Positions 25,473-32,000 of a stretch of DNA of 32,000 nt are shown one piece after another. A program made the position numbers and the translations under genes. The DNA lies in the NCBI GenBank assembly GCA_017475605.1, contig JAFVFD010000004.1:1-32000 (forward strand), read 5' to 3'. The stretch is from Alphaproteobacteria bacterium (lineage in GTDB: Bacteria; Pseudomonadota; Alphaproteobacteria; Rs-D84). Below the pieces are notes generated by a model. It was not told where the DNA came from, made no database searches, and saw nothing but the letters and a program-made list of their open reading frames with translations. How positions within the stretch are numbered: position 1 is the first letter of the stretch; each line of letters opens with the position of its first letter.

Positions 25473-26563
25473 TCAAAGATAAAAGTATTTATATCAAAAA
25501 CATATACTATATGCTGGGCTATGCCTTTCAGGCCATTCAGCATATGGGATATACCCAAATGGCCACAGAACAATTCGACAATATTCATGATTTGTTTGCG
25601 GCCATTTTGGGAAATGGTATGGTACACCAGATAAAACACGGCATATACAAAGAATATATCAATCATAATGATGATTTGCCGACCGTTCATGGAAAAATAA
25701 ATATATACAACACAATCCGAAATAAAATTTTACATCGTCAGGTTATAAATTGTGATTTTGACGAACTCTCTGAAAATAACATTTATAATCAAATTATAAA
25801 AACGGTCATTGATTTATTTATAACGCACAACAATGTAACCCAGAAGCACAAGACCGCATTAAAACAATGCCTTTTGTTTTTAACCAATGTTGATACGGTT
25901 GATTTAAAATCTGTACGCTGGAACGATATAAAGTTTCACAGAAATAATCAGACTTACAGAATTTTAATTAATATATGTTATCTTACATACCGCGGATTAA
26001 TACAAACAACCGAAAACGGACAAGAAAAACTTGCATCTTTTATGGACGAGCAAACTATGTGCCGACTGTACGAAAAGTTTATTTTAGAATATTATAAACA
26101 AGAATTTCGTGGTGTTTTAAAATCAGAATCTTCGCAAATTCCGTGGGGTCTGGACGAAGAAGACGATTCTGGGTTATTGCCTACAATGCAAACAGATATC
26201 ACATTGTCAAAAGAAAGCGCAAACTTAACCGATATTCTGATTGTAGATGCTAAATATTATACTCATATTTTATCTAATAAAAAATATTCCGATAATGACA
26301 GCCAATTAAAGATTCATTCTGGTAACCTTTATCAGATTTTTACATACGTAAAAAACAAGGAATACGAATTGACACATAAAAACATTTCCCATCGTATTTC
26401 TGGAATGTTATTGTATGCCAAAACAGATGAAGCGTTTTTACCCAATAATTCTTATATGATGAGTGGCAATCGCATAACCGTATCCACCCTTGATTTGTAC
26501 CAGCAATTCGATTGCATAAAAGAACAATTAAACACGATAGTAACACAACATTTTAATTTATAA
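25469..26563 (+). CDS. mcrC: McrC nuclease subunit, 364 aa
   Basis: ATGA overlap with mcrB. PD-(D/E)xK-type motif ...MQTDITL...LIVDAKYY in the C-terminal half. Size and position are typical of McrC. Confidence 0.8.
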   Translation: MIKDKSIYIKNIYYMLGYAFQAIQHMGYTQMATEQFDNIHDLFAAILGNGMVHQIKHGIYKEYINHNDDLPTVHGKINIYNTIRNKILHRQVINCDFDELSENNIYNQIIKTVIDLFITHNNVTQKHKTALKQCLLFLTNVDTVDLKSVRWNDIKFHRNNQTYRILINICYLTYRGLIQTTENGQEKLASFMDEQTMCRLYEKFILEYYKQEFRGVLKSESSQIPWGLDEEDDSGLLPTMQTDITLSKESANLTDILIVDAKYYTHILSNKKYSDNDSQLKIHSGNLYQIFTYVKNKEYELTHKNISHRISGMLLYAKTDEAFLPNNSYMMSGNRITVSTLDLYQQFDCIKEQLNTIVTQHFNL

Positions 26564-26600
26564 CAACCCAACGTGATGACAGTTCGAACTTTTATATCAC

Positions 26601-26630
26601 AAAAAAATGCCCATTCGGGCATATTTATTT
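26601..26630. terminator. Bidirectional terminator shared by mcrC and the convergent tRNA-Ser
   Basis: ATGCCC-attc-GGGCAT hairpin at 26607..26622, flanked by AAAAAAA and ATTTATTTT. Confidence 0.65.
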
Positions 26631-26632
26631 TA

Positions 26633-26722
26633 TGGCGGATGGGGAGGGATTCGAACCCCCGGAAGCCTTGCGACTTCAGCGGTTTTCAAGACCGTCGCAT
26701 TCGACCGCTCTGCCACCCATCC
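26633..26722 (-). tRNA. tRNA-Ser, anticodon TGA (UGA), type II, CCA encoded
   Basis: The minus strand reads GGATGGG..GCAGAGCGGTCGAATGC..ACGGT-CTTGAAA-ACCGC, then variable arm GAAGTC-GCAA-GGCTTC, T arm GGGGG-TTCGAAT-CCCTC, acceptor CCCATCC, discriminator G and CCA. Confidence 0.9.
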
Positions 26723-26844
26723 GAAACTTTTTCATTTTCCGCCGGTCTTTCAACCTGCGGTTTTGTTCGCTTACCGCACCTGGCGGTGCTGCTCACCACT
26801 CGTTCGCGCTCGGCTGCGCTTTGCTTGCCTTGCTGACTCGTATG

Positions 26845-26923
26845 CAAGACCGTCGCATTCGACCGCGGCTACCACCCATCCGAAACTTTTTCATCTTGCC
26901 GCCGGTCTTTCAAACTGCGGTTT
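26845..26923 (-). pseudogene. Diverged duplicate of the tRNA-Ser 5' half (to the anticodon loop) plus its 42-nt upstream region
   Basis: 26845..26923 aligns with 26687..26763 at about 73/79 positions (hand alignment, two 1-nt indels). The tRNA-like part, 26845..26881, ends exactly at ...GGTCTTG inside the anticodon loop. Confidence 0.75.
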
Positions 26924-26947
26924 GGATTTCGCCTGCGTATTCTATAC

Positions 26948-27754
26948 TTATTTTTTCCGAAACGCAATCGCAAAAATTACTGCACCCGCAACAAACATTA
27001 TCAGCGACAGTAATTGTCCCATGGTCAGCCCCCACCCCGTCAGGAAACCTATTTGCGCATCTGGCATACGGAATTGTTCACAAAACACGCGCACAATCGC
27101 ATACACCATACCAAACACCCCGGTCAATGCACCCACATGCCGACGAATATTTGTGAACCGATAAAGGCACACCATAATCGCCAACAAAAGTACACCTTCG
27201 CCCAATGCTTCATATATCGGGCTTGGGTGGCATGGAATTGTGGTATAGCCGTTAAACACAATCGCCCATGGCACATCTGTTGGTCGCCCCATAATTTCCA
27301 TATTTATAAAATTCGCAATACGTCCACAGAAAAGTCCTATTGGGGCCACCACCGCCATCATATCCAACACCGACAATGTGCGAATTTTATTTTTGCGTGC
27401 AAACAACCATGTTGCGAATAACACCCCGGCCAGACCGCCATGAAAACTCATTCCGCCATGCCAAACCGCGAATATTTCCAACGGATGCGCGATAAAGAAC
27501 AATGGATTATATACCAACACATAGCCCAATCGGCCACCCAACACCACACCTAAAATAACGGCGGTAAGCAAATCGTCCATTTGTTTTTTGTCCAGACAAA
27601 CTGGACACTTGGGCGATTTCATCATTTTTTTCAACAACCAATAGCCCGCCATAAACCCGGCGATATAGGCAATCGCATACCACCGCACATCCAGCCCAAA
27701 AAAGCTGAATGCGACGGGGGAAATGGGGTCTATTGCTATCGCCACAGGCAACAC
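26948..27754 (-). CDS. lgt: Prolipoprotein diacylglyceryl transferase, 268 aa
   Basis: Lgt signatures are present: FGLDVRWYAIAYIAGF, WHGGMSFHGGLAGV, GRIANFINMEIMGRPTDVPWA. The protein is polytopic. Confidence 0.9.
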   Translation of the reverse strand: MLPVAIAIDPISPVAFSFFGLDVRWYAIAYIAGFMAGYWLLKKMMKSPKCPVCLDKKQMDDLLTAVILGVVLGGRLGYVLVYNPLFFIAHPLEIFAVWHGGMSFHGGLAGVLFATWLFARKNKIRTLSVLDMMAVVAPIGLFCGRIANFINMEIMGRPTDVPWAIVFNGYTTIPCHPSPIYEALGEGVLLLAIMVCLYRFTNIRRHVGALTGVFGMVYAIVRVFCEQFRMPDAQIGFLTGWGLTMGQLLSLIMFVAGAVIFAIAFRKK

Positions 27755-27760
27755 CTTGTT

Positions 27761-28162
27761 TTAATGTTGCATCTGCTTTTCTGCGATTGCTAATTTTCTG
27801 CTGTACAGGCCAGGATTGCGTTTAGCCAACACTTTCAACAAATTGTAACGCACCTGTTCCATATCGCCCTTTTCAACCCACGCGACAATTTCAGACTTTT
27901 CATTTTCATTTACGCCTAATTTGTCCAGCGCACGTTTTATCGTATCTGTACAACTAGCGATGTTTTCTTTTGCCTTGGCAATGGCGCGCGGACTTGCAAA
28001 ACTGTCAGACAAAACCGCTTTGTTTTTAATAATCAATTCTGCGTTACACAAAACACTTTCTGCGCGGTCGCCAACTGTCAATGTCCCACCCAAAGATTCT
28101 TTATCCATTGTGCGTTTACGGTTCACTATATCCTGGCACATTTTTATATTAATCATTGTCAT
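27761..28162 (-). CDS. Hypothetical protein, 133 aa, immediately upstream of lgt
   Basis: The ORF ends 6 nt before the lgt start and is predicted helical. No motif recognised. Confidence 0.5.
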   Translation of the reverse strand: MTMINIKMCQDIVNRKRTMDKESLGGTLTVGDRAESVLCNAELIIKNKAVLSDSFASPRAIAKAKENIASCTDTIKRALDKLGVNENEKSEIVAWVEKGDMEQVRYNLLKVLAKRNPGLYSRKLAIAEKQMQH

Positions 28163-28233
28163 TTTATATCCTTTTAATCTTGAATTTGTATGGGCATTGT
28201 ATTATATAAATATCAAATAACAAGGAGAAAATT

Positions 28234-28944
28234 ATGGCAACCATCACAAAATCAGGCCAAGCCAATGGCATGGGTTTATACCTTAAACGCGTATTTGCGT
28301 TAATGTTTGGCGCGGTTGGTTTAACCGCAATTGCGTCTTATTTGACGATGTATACAAGGTTGGGTTTATTGCTTATAAACGGGACCGGTGGTATGTCTGT
28401 GCTGTATTATATATTGCTTTTTGGCGGACTGGCATTATCCATCTGGGCCCAGGCACGTGCTTTTCACATGAAGCCAGCGACGGCTGCGCTGATGTTGGCT
28501 ATTTACGCGATTACAATGGGCATTGTTATAAGTCCGATGTTGTTATTTTCCGTTGTTCATAATCCATGGACAATATTGTTTGCGTTTGCGATTTCGGCGG
28601 CCATGTTCGGCTGTATGGCGATATTTGGATATAAAACTGTCCGCGATTTATCGTTCCTGCGGATATTCTTGTTTATGGGAATGATTGGGTTAATCTTGGT
28701 TGGTCTGGCATCATTTATATGGCCGGCATTAATGGGCGGCACATTTGGCACAATAGTATGCTTGATTGGGGTATTGGTATTTGCGCTTTTCACCGCGTAC
28801 GATATGCAAACACTAAAATCGGCATACAATTATGTCGGCGACGACACACAAAAGAATCAATTGGCTGTATTGGGGGCATTACATCTGTATATTTCATTCG
28901 TTGCAATGTTCCAATATATATTAAGCCTTTTTAACCGCGATTAA
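28234..28944 (+). CDS. Bax inhibitor-1/YccA family membrane protein, 236 aa
   Basis: Seven hydrophobic segments. Family-typical FTAYDMQTLK and a C-terminal GALHLYISFVAMFQYILSLF. Confidence 0.8.
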   Translation: MATITKSGQANGMGLYLKRVFALMFGAVGLTAIASYLTMYTRLGLLLINGTGGMSVLYYILLFGGLALSIWAQARAFHMKPATAALMLAIYAITMGIVISPMLLFSVVHNPWTILFAFAISAAMFGCMAIFGYKTVRDLSFLRIFLFMGMIGLILVGLASFIWPALMGGTFGTIVCLIGVLVFALFTAYDMQTLKSAYNYVGDDTQKNQLAVLGALHLYISFVAMFQYILSLFNRD

Positions 28945-28965
28945 TAAAAACCAAAAGGAAAACAA

Positions 28966-29142
28966 ATGGCATACAAAATCAATCAATCACAATGCATCGG
29001 TTGCCACACATGTGCGGGCGTTTGCCCGATGGGCGCGATAAAGACCAATGGCGACGGCAAATGCGAAATAGACCCATCGAAATGCGTATCGTGTGGGACA
29101 TGCGCGGCAATGTGCCCGGTTAACGCTATTCAGGCAGAATAA
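28966..29142 (+). CDS. 2x[4Fe-4S] clostridial-type ferredoxin, 58 aa
   Basis: Hand translation gives MAYKINQSQCIGCHTCAGVCPMGAIKTNGDGKCEIDPSKCVSCGTCAAMCPVNAIQAE, with two CxxCxxCxxxCP motifs. AAGGA SD precedes the start. Below the ORF-track cutoff. Confidence 0.85.
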   Translation: MAYKINQSQCIGCHTCAGVCPMGAIKTNGDGKCEIDPSKCVSCGTCAAMCPVNAIQAE

Positions 29143-29161
29143 AAAACATAAAAACAATGGC

Positions 29162-29193
29162 AAAACACCGCCCACATGGGCGGTGTTTTTTTT
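29162..29193 (+). terminator. Rho-independent terminator of the ferredoxin gene
   Basis: ACACCGCCC-acat-GGGCGGTGT hairpin followed by TTTTTTTT. The core is identical to the terminator at 30585..30614. Confidence 0.75.
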
Positions 29194-29266
29194 ACCATAA
29201 AAATATAAAATTTTAAAAACACAAAATCGGCAAATTATATCGCAAACACAATGTGTTATCAAAAAT

Positions 29267-29310
29267 AAAAGTAGCCGAATTTAAACGGTGGTTTAAATTC
29301 GGCTACTTTT
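29267..29310. repeat. Perfect 20-bp inverted repeat (44-nt hairpin) in the upstream region of the Cys-rich protein gene
   Basis: AAAAGTAGCCGAATTTAAAC-ggtg-GTTTAAATTCGGCTACTTTT. A third, diverged arm copy (AAACCACCGTTTTAAATCGGCC) lies at about 29369..29390. Confidence 0.7.
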
Positions 29311-29422
29311 ATGTGTGTATTTTATTCGGTTTTTTGGGGCCTTGTCAACCGCAAAAATGGCCGAATCAAAACCACCGTTTTAAATCGGCCGAAAACAAAA
29401 TAAATGGGAAGGGAAAATCAAA

Positions 29423-30574
29423 ATGAAAATAAAATCAATGTGTCTTGGCTTAGTATTTCTGGCATTCGCCGCAATACAAAATAACGCATTCGCGGGATGC
29501 TCTACATATACATCACAACTAACAGGTAGCACATATTCCAGTTACACCAGAGAAACCGACCTTTTAGCAACGACGCAGGTGAATACGGGGGGAAATATGC
29601 ATTGCGCAACAACATCAACAAAATGGGCATATGACACCACCCAAAAGAAATACAGAAAAATAGAATATTGTCTTACCTGTCCGTCAAGTTATAGTAAGCT
29701 AGTAACAAATACAACCACTGTCGGTTCATGTACTATAAACTATGATATATGCATAAACTGTTCGGTCACAAGCTCCACACCAACCCAAGGCAGCCAAGCT
29801 GGTGTCGTTACAACTTCTAATTGCGAAACAACAACTACAAAATATCTTTTTTCATCAGTTGGTATGTATTATTATAAAATCACATCATGTAATGTCTGTG
29901 AAAATGGTTATCACAAAATAGTAAAAACTGAAAACAACGGGGACAGTCGATGCTCAACAACATATGACGATTGTACATGGTGTTCTGCAGGAACATATTA
30001 TAACCAAAGCGGAGACCCGACCACCTCTCGTTGTGTTGATTGCCCGGACGGGACATATTCAACAACGACAGAGTCAACATCGTGTACCACATGCCCCAGC
30101 GCATCAAACCCCGCCCAATACACAACATCAAGTCTTACAACCGTTGCATCGGTTGATACCGGCCATATAAAACAGGACAATGATACATCCGCCGATCAAT
30201 GTTATCTTGCGCGCGGAACATATTACGATGCGGCGGGCACATATACAACACCCGCATGCTTTTACAACAACACCGAACGCGCCAGCACGATGGATTGCTC
30301 TATTGTCCAGGGTGTTTGTACAACTGCGGCTGGTACAGCAGGTACCGTATATGCGACCCAAGGGGTGCCATTGGGTGCAACCGGCCAAGGCCAGGCATGT
30401 TGGTGCGGATATGGCGAAGGTAGTTACAATGGTTCGGCAAAGTGGCTTTATATCGGCACAATGGGACAAACAGCAAGTAGCTCAAGCGGATCATGTGCAA
30501 CAGCGTGTACAGAATCGTTTTGTACAAACCAGTTAAGTTTAACTGGAAGGCCAGAATTGTTGGGGTGTGATTAA
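29423..30574 (+). CDS. Secreted (possibly lipidated) cysteine-rich repeat protein, 383 aa, with CxxC...G.Y modules
   Basis: Signal peptide MKIKSMCLGLVFLAFAAIQNNAFA|GC. Repeats include CLTCPSSY, CNVCENGYH, CTWCSAGTYYNQSGDPTTSRCVDCPDGTYSTTTESTSCTTCP. These resemble furin-like / ephrin-receptor-like Cys-rich repeats. Confidence 0.7.
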   Translation: MKIKSMCLGLVFLAFAAIQNNAFAGCSTYTSQLTGSTYSSYTRETDLLATTQVNTGGNMHCATTSTKWAYDTTQKKYRKIEYCLTCPSSYSKLVTNTTTVGSCTINYDICINCSVTSSTPTQGSQAGVVTTSNCETTTTKYLFSSVGMYYYKITSCNVCENGYHKIVKTENNGDSRCSTTYDDCTWCSAGTYYNQSGDPTTSRCVDCPDGTYSTTTESTSCTTCPSASNPAQYTTSSLTTVASVDTGHIKQDNDTSADQCYLARGTYYDAAGTYTTPACFYNNTERASTMDCSIVQGVCTTAAGTAGTVYATQGVPLGATGQGQACWCGYGEGSYNGSAKWLYIGTMGQTASSSSGSCATACTESFCTNQLSLTGRPELLGCD

Positions 30575-30584
30575 AACCAAAACA

Positions 30585-30614
30585 AAAACACCGCCCACAT
30601 GGGCGGTGTTTTTA
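30585..30614. terminator. Bidirectional terminator between the Cys-rich protein gene and the convergent 30619 gene
   Basis: The same ACACCGCCC-acat-GGGCGGTGT hairpin as at 29162..29193, flanked by AAAAA and TTTTT. Confidence 0.7.
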
Positions 30615-30618
30615 TTTA

Positions 30619-31080
30619 CTAACGAAATGTACGGGATAAATATATTTCGTTTATTTTTTTAACCACATCCTTGGCAATGGCAAGTTTCGTGCGTAATTTA
30701 TGAACCATTAAATACTCGCCCCCCAACAACCCCGCATTTATTGGTATTGTATAAGACTGAATTTTTGTGCCCAAATCGTAATCGTATCCGTACTTTACCG
30801 CAAAACCCGCAATAACGGATGCTATTATTACCGTTGTTGTTGCCTGGACCCCCGCGCGCAAACGCATCATATCGCGCGCAATCTTTAATATTTTACACAT
30901 TAAATCATATTCCGCCTGGGTTATGTTTTCACCCGGCTTGGCTTGTTCTATTATTGCCTGTAATTTTTTAATAGATTCGCGCATTTTAATTCCGTTGTTA
31001 CTTATTGATAGTTCGCGAATTATTACATGCGTGCGCCTAAAATCAATATATTTATTGCAAATTGGCTTTTTCGGTATCAT
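30619..31080 (-). CDS. Hypothetical protein, start uncertain (ORF open to 31152; 153 aa from the Met at 31080)
   Basis: ORF track 30619..31152. The longest form would overlap the divergent glyQS start by 41 nt, so an internal Met (31080 or 30984) is more likely. There is one clear C-terminal hydrophobic segment (TTTVIIASVIAGFAV). Confidence 0.4.
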   Translation of the reverse strand: MIPKKPICNKYIDFRRTHVIIRELSISNNGIKMRESIKKLQAIIEQAKPGENITQAEYDLMCKILKIARDMMRLRAGVQATTTVIIASVIAGFAVKYGYDYDLGTKIQSYTIPINAGLLGGEYLMVHKLRTKLAIAKDVVKKINEIYLSRTFR

Positions 31081-31111
31081 AATATAGCGCGATAAAACAA
31101 AGGAAATTATT

Positions 31112-32000
31112 ATGCCAGCAAAAAGTGTTAATGATATTGTCGCATTGTGCAAGCGGCGCGGGTTTATTTTTACAGGTTCTGAAATCTATGGCGGATTGGG
31201 CGGCGCGTACGATTACGGCCCATATGGTGTGGAATTGATGCGCAACATCAAGAACGCATGGTGGAATGCCATGATTTATTCACGTAATGATATCGAAGGG
31301 TTGGATGCGGCGTTGATTTCCAACCGTTTAATGTGGAAATATTCTGGACACGAGGCATCGTTTTCCGACCCATTGGTTGAATGTAAAAAATGCGGCACCC
31401 GCATGCGCCAGGATAAAATGAAGGACCCAACTAAATGCGATAACTGTGGTTCAACCGACATTACCGAACCACGCGCATATCAATTGATGATGGGCCTGTC
31501 CATCGGTGCGATGGCGGATGGTGCGATTAACGCATATCTGCGACCGGAAACCGCGACAACGACCTATGTTAACTTTAAAAATGTACTTGATTCCACGCCA
31601 CATAAATTACCGTTTGGTATTGCCCAAATCGGCAAGGCTTTCCGGAACGAGATTTCGCCCCGCGGCTTTGTCTTCCGCATGCGCGAATTCGAACAGGCGG
31701 AAATGCAATACTTTGTGAACCCGGCGGACGATGAAAAGTATTTTGAAATGTGGAAGGCCACACGTATGGCATGGTGGATAAATGTTTTGGGAATACCGGC
31801 CGAAAAATTGCGTTTCCTGCCACATGTGAAATTGGCACACTATGCCAAGGCCGCGGTTGATATTGAATACGCATTCCCAGATGGCTTTGACGAAGTCGAA
31901 GGTGTCCATAACCGCCAGGACTTTGATTTGGGTTCACACACGAAATCCCAGGAAGAATTCAAGATTCACGCAAATGTTTTGAAAAATACGGACAGCACGA
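31112..32000 (+). CDS. glyQS: Glycine--tRNA ligase, homodimeric class II type, 5' part (runs off the window end)
   Basis: Hand translation gives MPAKSVNDIVALCKRRGFIFTGSEIYGGLGGAYDYGPYGVELMRNIKNAWW...GIAQIGKAFRNEISPRGFVFRMREFEQAEMQYF. AAGGA SD precedes the start. It is absent from the ORF track because no stop lies in the window. Confidence 0.9.
   Translation, partial: MPAKSVNDIVALCKRRGFIFTGSEIYGGLGGAYDYGPYGVELMRNIKNAWWNAMIYSRNDIEGLDAALISNRLMWKYSGHEASFSDPLVECKKCGTRMRQDKMKDPTKCDNCGSTDITEPRAYQLMMGLSIGAMADGAINAYLRPETATTTYVNFKNVLDSTPHKLPFGIAQIGKAFRNEISPRGFVFRMREFEQAEMQYFVNPADDEKYFEMWKATRMAWWINVLGIPAEKLRFLPHVKLAHYAKAAVDIEYAFPDGFDEVEGVHNRQDFDLGSHTKSQEEFKIHANVLKNTDST

Noticed and set aside
26607-27164. 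Two overlapping plus-strand ORFs of 185 and 174 aa
   Set aside because: They run across tRNA-Ser, the duplicated tRNA half and the antisense of lgt. Their repeated peptides (HPKLFH, PPIRNFFI) are simply the DNA repeat read through.
31081-31152. Longest form of the 177-aa minus-strand ORF starting at 31152
   Set aside because: It would overlap the divergent, well-supported glyQS start (31112) by 41 nt and lacks an SD, so an internal start is more plausible. The gene call itself stays low-confidence.

Overview
This is a 32-kb chromosomal window from a low-GC Gram-negative bacterium. Backbone genes recognisable from the translations are parC, rpmG, zapA, the lptE-holA-map-radC operon, an acyl-CoA synthetase, anaerobic ribonucleotide reductase nrdD/nrdG, lgt, a BI-1/YccA-family membrane protein, a 58-aa 2x[4Fe-4S] ferredoxin, the 5' part of glyQS, tRNA-Leu(UAG) and tRNA-Ser(UGA). 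The lptE-holA synteny and the ParC sequence look proteobacterial, probably an uncultured alphaproteobacterium (inference only). nrdDG plus a clostridial-type ferredoxin suggest an anaerobic or microaerophilic lifestyle. I saw no rRNA, CRISPR array, transposase or integrase. The one clearly accessory segment (about 18.2-26.6 kb) lies between the nrdG terminator and the 3' end of tRNA-Ser. It holds a canonical McrBC type IV restriction pair whose McrB carries an extra PUA/EVE-like domain. Next to it is the best candidate for an undescribed system. A WYL-domain (BrxR/CapW-like) regulator is transcribed divergently from a two-gene operon. That operon encodes a 689-aa tandem classical-AAA+ ATPase and a 524-aa two-domain protein of unknown function whose N-terminal half has Mug/UDG-like motifs. 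A 60-aa beta-rich ORF sits beside the regulator. The ATPase operon and the 60-aa ORF have paralogous 61-nt 5' regions ending in the same 15-bp GGACAAAAATGGTCC site, which suggests one shared regulator. Other points worth a second look: the NrdD glycyl-radical motif is encoded as a separate 62-aa ORF; a diverged copy of the tRNA-Ser 5' half, with its breakpoint in the anticodon loop, lies 81 nt upstream of the intact gene; there are two secreted cysteine-rich repeat proteins; an apparently leaderless mini-lipoprotein ORF sits just before tRNA-Leu; a G9 tract abuts the radC start; and orphan terminators lie between the 1855 lipoprotein gene and parC. All functional calls come from motif recognition by eye, since no database search was possible.
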